A program made the translations under genes and the position numbers. From Laetmonice hystrix (taxonomy: Eukaryota): 64,000 nucleotides of DNA. Below the pieces are notes generated by a model. That model did not search any database. It had not been told where the DNA came from and worked only from the letters and a program-made list of their open reading frames with translations. Below are positions 36,554-50,419 of this stretch, piece by piece (the first letter of the stretch is position 1; each line of letters opens with the position of its first letter). The DNA lies in contig OZ249436.1 in NCBI GenBank assembly GCA_965235115.1, positions 31,064,001 to 31,128,000 of the forward strand, read 5' to 3'.

Positions 36554-39500
36554 ATGGACGAAAGACACAGTCAAGTAAGTAGGAGACAGTTAAAGAGTAC
36601 GTAACAAGGCACTACCAAGCCGGCACTAGCACTACCACTTGACTAGTGCCAGTGGTAGTTCCAGTGTCCAGTCAAATTACAGTAGTACTAGTAGGGACTT
36701 GGTATTCCGCTAGGGGCGCTGACAGTTTGCGTAATGATCTGAACTAATTAGGTCAAATGTCAAAGGTCATGTTAATTAGGTCATGACATGTAATTAATGT
36801 TGATATACATATAACTTTATTTGATCAAGAAATATGAACTAGAACAGCAATTTTATGATCAGATAACTTTTTTTTGCTTTCTGCATGTTAAAACAGAAAT
36901 TGGGGGGGGGGGGGTTAGTAGTCACAACATTTTAACATGGAGTCTAAGTAAAATCAAAGGCTATTTCTGCAATATGTTTGGTCCCATAACTCCGGAAATA
37001 ATTATGCTAGGCACAAAATTTAAAAACATTAAACATGGTGTGTTTTGTTCCATATCGCCACTTGGTTCTTTGCTATTGTTTTCACCAATGCGAATATGGC
37101 GGACAGCTAGCGGAAGCCCAGCAAATCTATCTTATTTTTTTCACTGTGACAATTACTCAAACTTTTTTTCTGCATTTCAACTATACTATTATATTTTTTT
37201 ACATATATGGCAATTGATATCGAACAAACTTTTTTCCCTGTGTTTGGTAAACAGATTATTTAAAAAAAAAACATTACCCACGTATCAAATGGTCCGCCCC
37301 TTAGATTGGCGCCATTCGGGACTCCCTCGGGCATATGACGTCACTTCCTGCTATTCGAATATACCCTCGGGTGGAATAGCGGCCATGTTTGGCAACCAGA
37401 TACACCGCCAAATGGAGGTGTGTAGCGAGGCACTGAGTGAACCGTCATATCCCATCGAGCCAGGAAGTAGTGCATTATTGACACCCGCTCCTTCGGCGTT
37501 GTATGTGCAAATATAAATTTCTGGTATGAAGGGGAACGTTTGAAGAAGAAAAATGAATCACCCAATTTACCTAAATGGGCGTCAATACGGTAATTTATTA
37601 AATTCTGGGAAGCAATATGGCCGCGCCCATATACGACACGCGTACGACACTGGCCCGACACATGGTAGGACTACTTGTAATCATGTTGTAATTTAAGTTG
37701 TATCATGACATGATACTATTGTAATATTGCATTGTAAGCATTGTAGGCCTATTTTAGTTGCTTCCATGCCTGATGCAGAAAAAATACTGCAAGCACTGCC
37801 ATGCTGTCGAGAGTCCCGGCTAAATGTACCCGAGATGCAATGCTCAAAATGGCACCTGTTTCACCCGAGGCTACTTTCGAAGATATGGCCGAGGATTCCC
37901 GAATGGATTGGCGCATGGATTTTGTTTTGTCAGTTGACGCTGTCTGACTAGAGAGTGATACACTAAGTTACTCTTTTACTTCCCAGGGGCGTAGACAAGT
38001 GCCGTGATGTGGTAAAATCTGGGGGGGGGGGCTGAAGAGTGTGCTAGAAACAACCTGGGGCACAAAGGTTATAGGTTATTATAGGCCACGCTTAAAAATC
38101 TGGGGGGCTTCAGCCCCCCCAAGCCCCCCCCTTGTCTACGCCCCTGCTTCCTAAATCAATGTAACACTAAAACGGAGGATAACTGTATACTGGTATTGTG
38201 ATGACATTGTTGGATCTGTATAACATTGAATAAAAGCCCAAATAACATTATAATATCTGAGTTATGGTACAAGGAAGATTTTGTATAATGTTAACAGATT
38301 CAGTGTTGGTTGGAAAAAGTTTTTGGTGGGGAAGGGATTCCACAGTATGAGATCAACTCCCACACCATTGATATCCTCTACGATTTGATGATCCGCAATG
38401 AATGGCAGGACGATTGTATAAACTGTGTCATTGAAGACTTGAGACAGAAAACCGAGGAATACAGTGCAGAAGGTAACAAGGATTCAAGAGCCAAGTCTTG
38501 GCACATGATCTTGATTTGGACTTTTAATTTTAGAAATAATAAATGTAATGTTAATCTGATTATACTTTGGTTAAAGATCAGAAGACAAGTTGTCAGTTTA
38601 ATAATGAAGAGGCAAAAACTTTTAATGTAGCAGACCAGATTCTTCTAGAATTTAAGCAGTCTCCTTCAGTGTTGAAACTTTTTTCTGTTCTGCATGCAGC
38701 TGACCGTCTGGGTGCAGTGCTAGAGCAGCTGGGGATCACACCCTCCACGTTATCTCAGTCTGGAACTGTGAGTCTCAGGTCCTTGGCTCGCATTGCAACT
38801 TTACTGCAAACCAAGAATACATCTGATACCAGGTATGCCATTGAAGGCACAAAGCAATGATGAACATTGAATGTAAAACTTTAAAGAATGTACTTGAAAA
38901 TGATGTACCAGTATATCAAGTAGACAAGTTAACTTATGTTGGTGCATTCTGGAACATTTTGACCAGAGTGCCAGAAAATAGGATAAGGTGTACAGGGGGA
39001 GACTTCCCCCCTCCCCCTCCAAGAAAATTGCTTACTTATGGAAGGCCCCGCTCTGTTGACTACCCCCCCCCCCCCCAAGGCGAAATCCTCCATGAGACCC
39101 TGGTGAATATTTTGTTTATGATATTCAAGTTAAGAAAGGTTATATGAAGTAAGGTTATGTGTTTCAGTCTGTTGCTGGCACTGAATGCAGCTACGCAAGA
39201 AAGACTCCATGTTGAAGAAGCTCGCTGTGCAGAGCAAAGGCTTCAGGCTCAACTCTCCAATAAGACAAAAGCAGCCTTACACAGATTAAAAGCCTTAAAC
39301 CAGTAAGTCATATCAAAATCAGAAGGATCGAATTTTATGGTTTTTATGGTCTTAAAATTCCAATAAAAACTTTAAAGAAACAAAAATAACCATTATGCAA
39401 CATATTTTGTGTCAAAATGTGAGAGGTACCACTATAGAGATTTAAGGTGAAATGTTAGGCTTTTGAATCCTGCTCATATGTTATACTGAAACTGATACAG

Positions 39501-41347
39501 ATCACTAGCAAGTCTGGAAGAACAAGCTACTTACGAAGGGCCAGAACTGTCTCGGAAGATGAAACAGGCAGGCTTTCTACAGAGCAAGACAAGAGAGTAT
39601 CGTAAACAGGCTCATCAACTAAATGTATGATCTGCTGTATGCCAGACAAAAAGGCGGTTATAGAGAATTTCCAAATGTTGTCCTAGGGTTAGCTCTAGGC
39701 AAATTCACAATCATGTATTTGATTTATCCTACACTAAAATAACTATAATATTATATTTAAATGTAATGTTATTGTTAAGCAGAGCTCTGTATTTATGACT
39801 TCACATCAATTGCTAGATTCACCATTGTTGCAGAATGCACAGTTACACAGCCCAATGTTGTGTTTGTTTTCCAGCTGGAGGTATCAAAGACAGGTGTTGA
39901 CCCTTCCGTGTATCACCATAATCTTGTAACGTCAGCCCAGGTAAGAATACACAGACTGGATGAAGAATGCAGACAATGGGAATAGTCAAGTGGTTGGGAA
40001 GTTATGGATGGGGTTCTACATGAGCAACATGAGATGGGGCACGTGTAGAGAAGCGGTAAAATGATAAGTTGGAAGGGCCAAGTGTTGTACACATCCGAGA
40101 GGTGGCGCCCCTAGTAGAAACCGTGAGGTTATTTTCATGGAGATCCTATATGAGACGTCAGGTGGCGCCACCTTTCTGTAGTTGCCAAGTTTGACTTGAA
40201 AAAGTTGGGCATACTTTGCCAAACTGTGTCTGGACTGTCGAGATGCTATTTCGTACCAGATGATATACACTAGTTTAAGTATGAATTTCTGTTTCTGATC
40301 TTTTTCAGGAGTTAGCAGACCTCAAGGCCCGACTTTATCCACTAAAAGCAAAACTTGACTCTTATTACAAGCTCCCCCCAGTAAGTAAAATACCATTGTG
40401 CGGCTCATTGCACAGTGTTAAAGTTTATAGATTCCAGCCTCAGGCTTCCGTTTCCTGATACACAACAACACTTGTCTAAGATGATAGATAATCCGTTCAG
40501 TTCACAATTTGTTGCTGAGGCCTAGGCTTCTTGAATAATCCACATTGAAAAAAACAATTAAGATACATGTACTTAATGATCTACATGTGTGTGTGTGTGT
40601 GGGGGGGGGGGGGGGGTGGCTCAGTGGTAAGATGTTCTGGCTGAGGGCCAGTTCTGGTTCTCTCCTCGCCAGTTTGAATCCTTCCCCCCTCCCCCAGTGG
40701 GTTATCAAACGCTTGTAGCAGTGTGCCTTTGCAGTGGTGCCCGTAAAGGAACCGTTGTCACTTACCATAAACCAGACAGAAAAAATGAAAAGACGAAAAG
40801 AGCCAACAGTTACCAACACTATGTAAAACCACCAACCCACTGCCACATAATATACTATGGGAGGGTCATAAATAATTATCTATTATTTCTAGACAATTAC
40901 AGTGTGAGGTTTTGATGGGTTCATATATGTTTTAATAATTTCTTTTATAGGATCTATCCCTGACGAAAGTGAAAGTAGAAGAAGCTAAACGTGAACTGGT
41001 AAGTGCAAGTGGCAAACCAGCATTACTTTTATTATTCACACGCGTTTAATCTCTTGACCTTGCTCTCTTGAGAGTTGTTTTATTGGTAGGAAAGAAGATA
41101 TTATAGGCAGTGCGTCATATAACAGACTGCCATTGATTAACAAGAAGATTGCTACTTTTGTTCATTTAAACTCGGTTATAATGACCTACCAGAAGTAAGG
41201 AAGTCGAAATACGAAGTTATACTGATTAGAGATAAAAGAACTGACAGGCTGTTTGGTTATCACTTATGTTTTTATTGTTCTTCCCTTTCTCAACAGGCAG
41301 CGATGGAATCGGAGTTAGCTAAGCATATCGATGTGATGCATCTCTGA
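36554..41347 (+). CDS. HAUS1: HAUS augmin-like complex subunit 1, 274 aa; exons 36554-36574, 38298-38472, 38700-38832, 39168-39302, 39501-39624, 39875-39940, 40309-40380, 40951-40998, 41297-41347
   Basis: Nine phase-consistent GT-AG exons totalling 825 nt. Motifs WLEKVFGGEGIPQYEINSHTIDIL, VIEDLRQKTEEYSAE and PLKAKLDSYYKLPPDLSLTKVKVEEAKREL match HAUS1/CCDC5 as I recall it. Confidence 0.93.
37984..38146. mobile_element. CAGGGGCG-ended MITE with 5-bp TSD CTTCC (hAT5-like)
   Basis: TIR CAGGGGCGTAGACAAG / CTTGTCTACGCCCCTG; CTTCC at 37979-37983 and 38147-38151. Confidence 0.7.
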
Positions 41348-41863
41348 TAGCTAAAAAAAAAGAGTCACCATGAAGAGTAGAAATATATCCTACCACCAGC
41401 AAAGGGAAAGAGTGGATCTTTTTTTAGGAATTAATAAAGTTACTTTCTTAAAGTTACCCGTAACTGCAGTTGGATGTTTAATGTAGGTTTATCTATAATA
41501 TTTAGTATCAACTTGACATAGTAATATATTAATAGTAGATAAAGGCTGTCCTATTTCTGGAAAATAAAGCACTTTGAGAGATAAAAGCAGCAGAACTATA
41601 ATATTTACCATAATCTCAAACTTCATTAGTCTTGGAGACGCTGTAACGACAGTGTAGCAAAATTAATGGGACAAATTAAATATGCCTTTACCTGTTTCAT
41701 TGACGCAGAAACCTCTTTCGGGTGGAGAAACCGTGATCAATATATTGTTGAAAGGTGGGCTAAATGTTCAGAGAATGGACCTGTAAGTGTACCTGCTGAC
41801 TGACTGGATGAGGGATACAGACAGGGTGATCCCGTGTCTCCCATGTTATTCGCGGTTTTTATA

Positions 41864-42723
41864 TATCGGGTGGATAAAAAAAAAACGCCCCGAACTTTGA
41901 ACTTTAATATTTCAAAGACTATGCATTAAAATTCAATAAAATTTCTCTTAATATCACTTCATGATATTATCTCTGGTATGTTAAAGTTTCAGCTCAATAG
42001 TTTTGATATTAATCCCATGGCGCTAAAAACAAAAATCAGTGTCTAAAAGCGCAATGCCGGAATTAGGTTAAATATCATGCAGCTGCCAGGTGTCCAATTT
42101 GACAACTGTTTGATGCACCGCGTTGTACCTTGGCTACAAACATTTTCAATATTTAGTTTTTGCATGTTTTACAATATGTATAATGTTGTGGACCACTAGA
42201 TATAATAAATTATGTGCTATTCCTAGTACTTCTAGAGAAAAACAGATGTTTAATGTGACAAACCCTACAGAGAAGCTGCAACATTAGGACGATATGACTG
42301 TAACGAGAAGTTCAAGGGAAATCGTATCATTATCACGTTTAGCAACACATTCAGAACGTTGCATATTTCCGAATGTTGGGAAGATATTTCCCTATCAGAG
42401 ATCAGGAAGTGCATTGGCTCATGGAAAAAGAGACTGAAAGCAGTATGAAGCGAAAACAGGGGACCGATTGACCACCTACTCGAGTGTGAGGCCAGGCACT
42501 CTGGGTGCAACTACACCTGGCTTTAGCACGGCATTGCGCTTTTGTACAATGATTTTTGTTTTTAGCGCCACGGAAATATTATCCAAGCTATTGACTTGTA
42601 ACATTAACAACTAAGAGACAACATCATGAAGTGATAGTAAGACAAATTTCATTGAATTACAATCAATACTTTTTGAAATGTTGGAGTTTAAAGTTCGGGG
42701 CGTTTTTTTTTATCCACCCGATA
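41864..42723. mobile_element. Non-autonomous Tc1/mariner-like element, copy 2 (inverted relative to 6275-7131)
   Basis: Same termini and TA flanks as copy 1; the internal sequence is the reverse complement of copy 1. Confidence 0.8.
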
Positions 42724-43799
42724 TATACATTGTGTACTTGTATGTAAGTGATATAACGAAGGTGACATAGATCTGGGTGTACCAAAGGGGGACTCTTATT
42801 ATACAGGGTGTCCACAAAAGAAAAGTCCAGGCTAAACTAGGCAAACTCAGAACCTATGTTGCCTCATATCCTGATAGAAAATCTTCTTACATGAAAAATA
42901 GTCATTTAGGTACAATTGTTGTAAAATAGGCCCATTTACATGAGCATTACATCTCCGTTTCCCATGGAGATCTTACTGCAGCATAAGTAACAAATCTAAC
43001 GTTTTCATATTGGCTCGCGGACTATATGGGAAAATTTGTATCGGAAATGGCAGACTATCCAGGGCAGAGGCCGGAAAGGTTTAAGTCCGAGAGATTGCCA
43101 GATAGACAGATAGAATCTCTTTATATCGATTCCAATACAAACACTGTACAATATTGAATATTGTACGGTATGCAGGGGTTAGCTTGGCTGAAATAAACGT
43201 GTAGGCACATTTATGTGGGGGGGGGGGGGGGGGGGGGGGTCCGAGGGCATTCTGTATTGGCGAATCACTATCAACCCGGGTATTTTGTTTTTTAAAAATC
43301 TAATTTAATTTTAGGCCCTTAGACCAATAACAACCATCTCCTGTTATTTGTAAGTTATAATATTGCATTTTTGGCAAATCTGTTTTTTTTTCTTTATGGC
43401 GGGGCAAAATGTGTAGCCTAGGTAGGCCTACGTGCCTACAGTGCCCAATGGAAGTTACGCGCCTGGTATGGGGTGTATGATTATGTATTATTTATAACGT
43501 ATTCGATTCAGTGTCTACATAGGTCCCTCATATATGGCTATGTCATTGTGACAAGATTTACCCGCTTTTTACAGTAGCATAATATGCAGTCCGGATAATA
43601 TTTTTAGGCTGCGCTAGGTCGGCAGTGTCATAGTTAACATCGACGACCTACTGACCGACTCATCACTTCAACACAACCATCGCAACACTTCAACCGCTAG
43701 GCCTACATACCATCCCTAAGGCACCGCGTTACAAACATTACGGGTAATACCCAATCTCTAGTCAGTTATTTGGCACACTTCTAAACTTCCAAGTCGAAG

Positions 43800-46700
43800 A
43801 TGTGGGTTCGAACTTCACACGTCATACTCCGCCGTCTTCAGCAAACCCGGTCACTTCACGTTGGCCGACCAGCCACAGCTTTAAATCTTCAGACCATCCC
43901 GAAAGTTCACACTGATGGAATCTTCACCGGGCGCTGCCTAATTCAGAGGCGATATACAAGCCAGCAGCAGACCGAAACTGCCGGCTTCAGCGCCCCAAAC
44001 CATGTTTTCTTCTCCGGAGCAATAGCTTCCACAGCTGAGGTGATCGCAGATAAGGAGTGGTTGGAAGTAACCTGGGAAGATGGCGAGAAGACTCATTATC
44101 CATTCCTGTGGCTGCGAGACAATTGTACATGCCCACTCTGCTTCAATGAATCGGCACAATCCAGATTATTTCTGCTTAAAGATCTAGATTTGGACACGGC
44201 CCCAACGGCTGTAAATGTAAGTGTTATGGAGTAGGCTACTATTGTGATCTGTTAGGATGTGACAGATGATTGGGTTGGTGTGAATGTGGATGCCTGTAGG
44301 AATTTGAAAAAGGAAAAATCAAAGAATGGGTGCAAGGGGGAAATAGAGCAGAAAATTGGATCGAACACGGAAAGCAGGTGGGGGTGGGGGGGGGGGGGGT
44401 CTGTATTATCAATTCTAATGTGTCATCTACAATTATTTTGTTGCCCTAGAATGAAATATTGTTATTTTAAGCTGGACCAAGTCAAACGAGAGATTTCCCT
44501 TAAATGGAGCAATGGGCACGAGAGCTGCTACACATTTGCGTGGCTTGAAGGTCATAGTTTCTCTGAGAAATCGCAGAGCCAGCGGCGGTCATGGTTTCCC
44601 AGGGAGCCAAGGACGTGGGGCTCGGAACTTCAGGACAACATTCCGACCTTCGATTTCAAACAGGTACAACACAATTTAACATTTTCATGTGCAGTAGTTT
44701 TGAAGCGACGCTACTTGAGTATAGCTAGGCCTGTACGCGTCGGGGGGGGGGGGGTGACCTCCTCCCACCTGATGTGGGGTTTCCAGGGTGGATCCAGGTT
44801 TGTGGGGGGCTGTGGGGTGGCGAGAGGGGTTTTGGGTGCCGGGGGGGATGTTTGATTTGAACCCTTTCAAGCCTAGAAAAAAAGGAGAAAAAATTGCTTC
44901 GTAACGGGGGGTAGGCGCAACCCCGTAAAGGGCCTGATTCACAGGCCCGGCCGGCCGGCCGGCCGATCTAGTCATTTTATCGTTATGGTTGGCCGTCAAA
45001 TAAAAAATCACGAATACTTGCTTTTATGTTTTCGGTGAGATGCATTCTTCAATTTTGTCCACCACGGCCAACCACAAAATCGGCCGGCCAGCTGGCCCTG
45101 TGTATCAGGCCCACCCCCCTTCATCTGCCACTGGCTTTTGACAACCCGGCCTTGCATCCTCCCTCGCTTGGGGTTGAACCGCTTCCACCCCTCGACAACT
45201 CAATATGCCTGCCTGCCCAATATGGAGCACGAACCTACCTGCATATTTGTCGGATAAAATTGAAATTATTCAGAAAAGAGCAATGAGAGCTATTTACCCT
45301 GATATAAATTATATGGGCGCATTGGACCGTGTGGGTATCCCACGTCTAGACTCTAGAAGAGGTGACTAACGGTATGCAAGAAATATTTTAAGAATATTAA
45401 AAAAAGACAACCACAAACTTTACCACCTACTGCCAGACACAAGAAAAATGCAATATAATCTAATTGGTCGTGCAATGAATATCCTCTTATCAGGTGTCGA
45501 ACTGGTCGGTACCAGAATCATCCCATATGTACACGCATGACTTTTTGTTGTGCGGCATTCATGTTTCACAATTGACGATTGTACATTCGACACCTGTTGG
45601 AAAATTGTCCCGTTGGCCATAACCCAGATAGCACACCTGTGCTGGCACAGCCGATGGCCCACTATTGGGACACCCGTCAAAGCAGCGGCAGCCGTTGGTG
45701 GCCCACTGGTGGCGTGACTAGCTGGTAGCCGTTGGCCCACCGGTGTAGATCTAGCCACCGATGGGCCAACGTTGGCCCGCTGAAGACAAGATAGCACATA
45801 GACGATGGCCCACTGTTGGGCCACTCATAAAAGCACCAGTGGCTGGCAGTCGGCAGCCACTGGTGGCCCACCAGTGGCTGACCAGCTGGTAGCCGTTGGA
45901 CTATCTACAGCCGGTGGGCCAACGGCTACCAGCTGGTCACGCCACTATAATATAGTGGGCCACCAGCCGCTGCCGACAGTGGGCCATCGGTTGTGTGCTA
46001 TCTGGGAACGTATCGTTGGATTGCAACCATTTTGGTCTGCATTAATATAATAGAGGAAACGTTGGGGAAAATGTCGATATTATTGGAGGCTATACCGCTG
46101 CATTGGTGTATACGGTACCCCAGTGTCAACACCAGAGGTCGACACTGGTGTTACCCCTGGTGTTGTGGTATTCTGGTCAACACCAAGAGTGTTGAGTCAG
46201 CACTAGTTTTGCCATTGGTGTTGACACAAAGTGTGGACACCAGGCAAGGTGTTTTTGGCTTTGGGTCAACACCTGACACCAACACCACACACCCAGTTGC
46301 TCCCCTCCCTGCATGGTAATCTTAAAAGTGTTCTTTTTAACAAGCAGCTTTGTTATGACTGCTGCAGCTGGAGACGGAGGACCAAACTCTGTACAAATGG
46401 ATCACGGCTCTACAGGAGACAGGTCTGACCTTAGTCCGAGACGCTCCCTGTGAGGAACGAACCATCCACAGGATCGGCGCTCGGGTCGCCATGCTGCGAA
46501 CCACAAACTATGGGTGCGGACGGCAGTGTTCTTGGTGGTGGTGGTGGTTGGTGGGGGGTGTTAGTTAGGGGCTAAAGAAATTAGCACGGCATGTGTTATG
46601 CTATAGTAGGACTAATACATGCATTGGTGCATTCATTTGAAGACAAGGGCAGAATTGTCTTGAATCGATTTGTAAAGGATTATTCCTTTCCTTTTGGTCG

Positions 46701-48580
46701 TAAAAAAAGGGCTGAGCAAACATTGCTGTACAAATTGAACGTTTAATCTTGCCATAATAGGGAAACGTTTGAAGTGAAGGCCAAGCTGGACCCAAGCAAC
46801 GCCGCCTATACTCCTGCCACATTAGGTCTGCACACCGATTTACCCTTCTACTATTACACCCCAGGGGTACGTTGCTCTTTTTTCCATCGAGCATCAATTC
46901 TTGATGAAGGCGTCAAGATGAGCGACAAATATGAGAGGGCTCTTGTGATTGGCTGAAACAAGTGTACCTATATAAAATAGATCTATTTCCTGTACTTTTG
47001 GTCAGTGCCTTCTCACACGCCCATCCACAGTTGGTGTTAATTTTCAGGTGCAACTGCTGCACTGTATCAAACAGGTACCGGCGGAGGGCGGAGAGAACCA
47101 GCTGGCTGATGGTTTCCAGGCTGCTCGCCTCCTAAAAGAAAAACATCCGCACATGTTTCAACTATTGTCGACTCTGCTGGTTGACTACATCGACAAGGGC
47201 ACAGACCTGTACAAATTTTTCAAGCTTGCAAGACAACCTATTATTGGGTTGGTAGGCCTAGGAACTGAGATGGAGGGTATCTCTTGGAATGGGGTGCCGG
47301 ACTATACCACGTATCCTATGTGTGGTCATCAATATGATATTCCTTTCTCGTCCCAGTCAATGAATGTATTTCATCTCCTTAATTATAAACAGTAAACACG
47401 ATTATTGCTTTTCCGTGCGAACTATGCGAACAGTACGGCTATATGGAGTATGACCAAAACTCAAAGCAGACGTAGGGAGTTGTTAACGTGAAAAAGGCTA
47501 GCAATTATATTATCTATATATATACAGCAGGTGCTTACAATGACTTTACCTTTTTGCTGCCATATGTTGGCAGTCTTGATCCAGCTGGCAATGTGACGAA
47601 GATAACCTTCAACAACCAGACCCGGGACAGCTACCTCCACCTGCCGGTCGACATTGTCACACCCTTCTATCGTGCGCTGAGAACCTTCAATAACATTCTA
47701 TACGACAAGAACTCGTACGTCCAACACAAACTCCAGGAAGGTAGGCTATTTGAGCGCGATGAAGACATTGTAATAGGACTTAGTCTTGGCTACTTCCCAT
47801 TAAATACCGTATAATGTACATTGAAATATGTATACACGATCAGGGTTAGGCCTATGGATTCTGTTCTGCCCCTTTACACACACACACACACACACATCTC
47901 TGAGGGATTATTGAAAGTTCCTTGGGCGACCAAGGAGGTTGCTGAGCTTCCCATCGCCGCGGCAATCTCTCCCCAATCTCTCAATGAACGCTCAACAATC
48001 TCTCAAGCGGAAATCTGGCCATTTCTTCATCGCGCAACGATCTCTCAACGATCGCCACCCCTGTGTTAAGGGGTATAAGTAGAAATGGATGCTAGCTCTA
48101 TCGTGCTGAGAGAAATTATATAGGTTTAAGGCCTAGAATTTCTCATACGCCGACTATTTTTGGCTTCTACATAACAGGAGTAGGTCATTATTCAAGGTCT
48201 CGTGATACTGCAGATGTGAACTTGTCTATTAATAAGCCTATACCTACTGATAATTTCACTATGGTTAGATAAGATAAGCATTTGAAACAAGGGAGAGTTT
48301 GTGATAATATTGACACACTGTAGGCCTACTGCGCCCGACGACGGTATCATGTTTAAGTTATACATAAAGCGTGAAGAAACTATTATAGTTGACAGGAAAA
48401 CGCCTTTTGATGTTTCCAGGGGACATAATCTGTTTCCATAACTACCGAGTGCTACACGGGCGTTCTGGATACCGGGTTACGACCGGCGGCGAGCGTCATT
48501 TACAGGGAGGATACATCGACTGGGACGAGTTGAATTCACGGAGGCGCGTCCTCCTGGCAGAACTTGGCCTCCTTCACTAA
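43800..48580 (+). CDS. BBOX1: Gamma-butyrobetaine dioxygenase-like protein, 462 aa; exons 43800-44216, 44472-44663, 46368-46513, 46761-46866, 47048-47247, 47574-47740, 48420-48580
   Basis: Seven phase-consistent exons totalling 1389 nt. Zn-binding WLRDNCTCPLC...H, Fe-binding HTD in HTDLPFYYYTPGVQLLHCIKQ, and NYRVLHGR...RHLQGGYIDWD. These motifs are closer to BBOX1 than to TMLHE; strict orthology is unproven. Confidence 0.88.
44930..45112. mobile_element. Short TIR repeat (GGGCCTGAT...ATCAGGCCC), the empty-site relative of 5431-5822
   Basis: Shares TTATCGTTATGGTTGGC...TTTGTCCACCACGGCCAACCA with 5431-5520. Confidence 0.55.
45211..45535 (+). mobile_element. 5'-truncated, decayed non-LTR retrotransposon fragment (CR1/L2-group ORF2 C-terminus)
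   Basis: Translates ACPIWSTNLPAYLSDKIEIIQKRAMRAIYPDINYMGALDRVGIPRLDSRR, then a stop and frameshifts, then CKKYFKNIK and HKLYHLLP. This is typical post-RT sequence of CR1/L2-like LINEs. Confidence 0.75.
45623..46006. mobile_element. CCC-ended MITE with 2-bp TSD (animal EnSpm/CMC-like)
   Basis: TIR CCCAGATAGCACAC / GTGTGCTATCTGGG, AA on both flanks, internal TGGCCCAC/GTGGGCCA repeats. Confidence 0.7.
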
Positions 48581-49038
48581 GCACGAACATTTACTTATGA
48601 TTCTAAATACCATTTGCTTTAAGCCCCCGTCACACTCTTATGTATCAAGCGATCCGGCTTAATCAGTAATTTGAAGAACGAACAGTCAGAGGTTGTAATT
48701 AAATGCTGTGAACGAGATATATGATTGCGGTGTTATCGAGTGTAGTGCCGGATCGGGGTGGGGGGAGGGGTGTTAGGGGGCGTGTAGCCACCATGAACTG
48801 ATTATCTTTAATTCAGTGCAGGAGGGGGAGACCGAGTAACCCGAAAATACTGTCCGTATTTTACACACATTCTAAGGGCAAAACAGGGATTGTTTTGATT
48901 CACAAATTACCTCAAAAATGATTTTCTATTAGCTCTTGGGATAATTCAGTACAGGTTTACGTGCTCCACATATATGTTTAAACATATCCCTAACAATTTG
49001 TATTGAAGAAAACTTTTATTTAAACGTTTCCAACTCAC

Positions 49039-50419
49039 CAGGGGCGCCGCTGCCGGGGGGGACGGGGGGACATGCCCCCCCCCACTTTTGCTGGCGACCC
49101 AAAAAGGTCAAAGGCTCCTTGAAGTTGAAGCTAGGCCTAATAGATCTACAGGTCTTCTTATACTCAATATGCCTGCTTTTTAAGGTCAATGGCCCATGGG
49201 AGGCAAATTTAAAATAGATTTTGAACATTTTAAATCTTGGCTTTAATTCGCCTATAATATAGGCCTGGGCCTATGTGTTTAGGAGATAGGTCTATGCTTT
49301 GCTCTTCTATAATTAATATGGGCCTAACCGCGGCCCAGGCTCCCTGCAGCTTCCCTGTGTACCTCAGTCCTACCACACTGGCGGATCCAGGGGAGGGGGT
49401 CACATATAGGGTCTGGACCCCCCTAAAGCCCCTCCTGCCGTTAATGGCGCCTCACGGCATTGTAGGGCTACATAAGACTTTTGATATCATTAGTCTTTAA
49501 ATAGCTTATTTTGTGCTCCAAAATGCATCAGATTTCACTAAATTACACCTTGAATTTGAAATTTTTCCGGGGGGCATGCCCCCGGACCCCTTACTAGCAA
49601 GGCTTTGGGCCTTCGGTGCTCGTACAGTCACTCCGGTTGCGCCCCTAAACACGAAGGACCCCCCTACTTGAAAAAGCTGGATCCGCCCCTGTACCGTCTC
49701 TTGTTTAGCTCATACCTAAATATTCAGGTATATTATTTAGCTCTAGGAAATCTAGGCCACGCTTTAATTATTGTCTGACAGCGTTAGGCCATGTATTCAT
49801 TTATTATTAATGAGTGAGGTTTACCAATTTTTTACTAGGCCTAGTGTGGTAGAACAGAGAGTGGCAAGTAGGATGGGGACGGTCTCTATTTTATTTGGTA
49901 AAAGTGTGTTTTAGGCTTAATCGTCAACTGTTTTTGCTTCTGATAAATATTGCTTGATACTGTTTCTTGTGATGTCAAGGGCCAGGTGGGGCCCACCTAA
50001 CAAATTTTTTAGCCTCGCTACGCTCGGCATGATTTCATTGTAACTGTACTAATAGTAATACATCTTCATACAAAAAAGGAAGATCTAAGGGGGGCAAGCC
50101 CCCTGAATCCCTCACTTATTAATACATTAATTTTGAGCGAAAGGTCGGCACCGAAAGCTCTTTAGTTTGATGCTGAGAAGCCGGGAAATAGCATCTATGG
50201 CCTTTTATATTCCCAAACATTTTCAGTCGGAGGCCCCCCCCCCTCTCGGTGCAGGCACCTTCTGACCCTCCCCCGCCTGCAACAAAAAATCTTGGATCCG
50301 CCCCGGGGGGTAAATACACTGTTATTTTGCAATTCTTATGGTACATAAATCTGGGGGGGGGGAGGTCAATCACACCAAGATTGTCCCCCCCCACTTTGAA
50401 ATAGGCAGCGGCGCCCCTG
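49039..50419. mobile_element. CAGGGGCG-ended element with 5-bp TSD CTCAC, containing a nested related MITE at 49376-49691
   Basis: TIR CAGGGGCGCCGCTGCC / GGCAGCGGCGCCCCTG; CTCAC at 49034-49038 and 50420-50424. The inner CACTGGCGGATCCAG..CTGGATCCGCCCCTG is flanked by TACCA/TACCG. Confidence 0.7.

Noticed and set aside
36821..37516. 231-aa ORF in HAUS1 intron 1
   Set aside because: TTG start, AT-rich low-complexity composition, spans a poly-G run and has no recognisable motif.
40095..40170. Two CTCF-like motifs (CCGAGAGGTGGCGC, CGTCAGGTGGCGC), plus a similar one near 8078
   Set aside because: Short degenerate matches cannot be supported without a PWM scan and ChIP data.
46100..46290. Cluster of GTCAACAC/GTGTTGAC motifs in BBOX1 intron 2
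   Set aside because: Probably subterminal repeats of a decayed MITE; I could not define termini or a TSD.
43800..48580. Calling the dioxygenase TMLHE because of its presequence
   Set aside because: The active-site segment HTDLP...PGVQLLHCIKQ follows the BBOX1 pattern, not the TMLHE pattern HTDTTYF...GIQVFHC.
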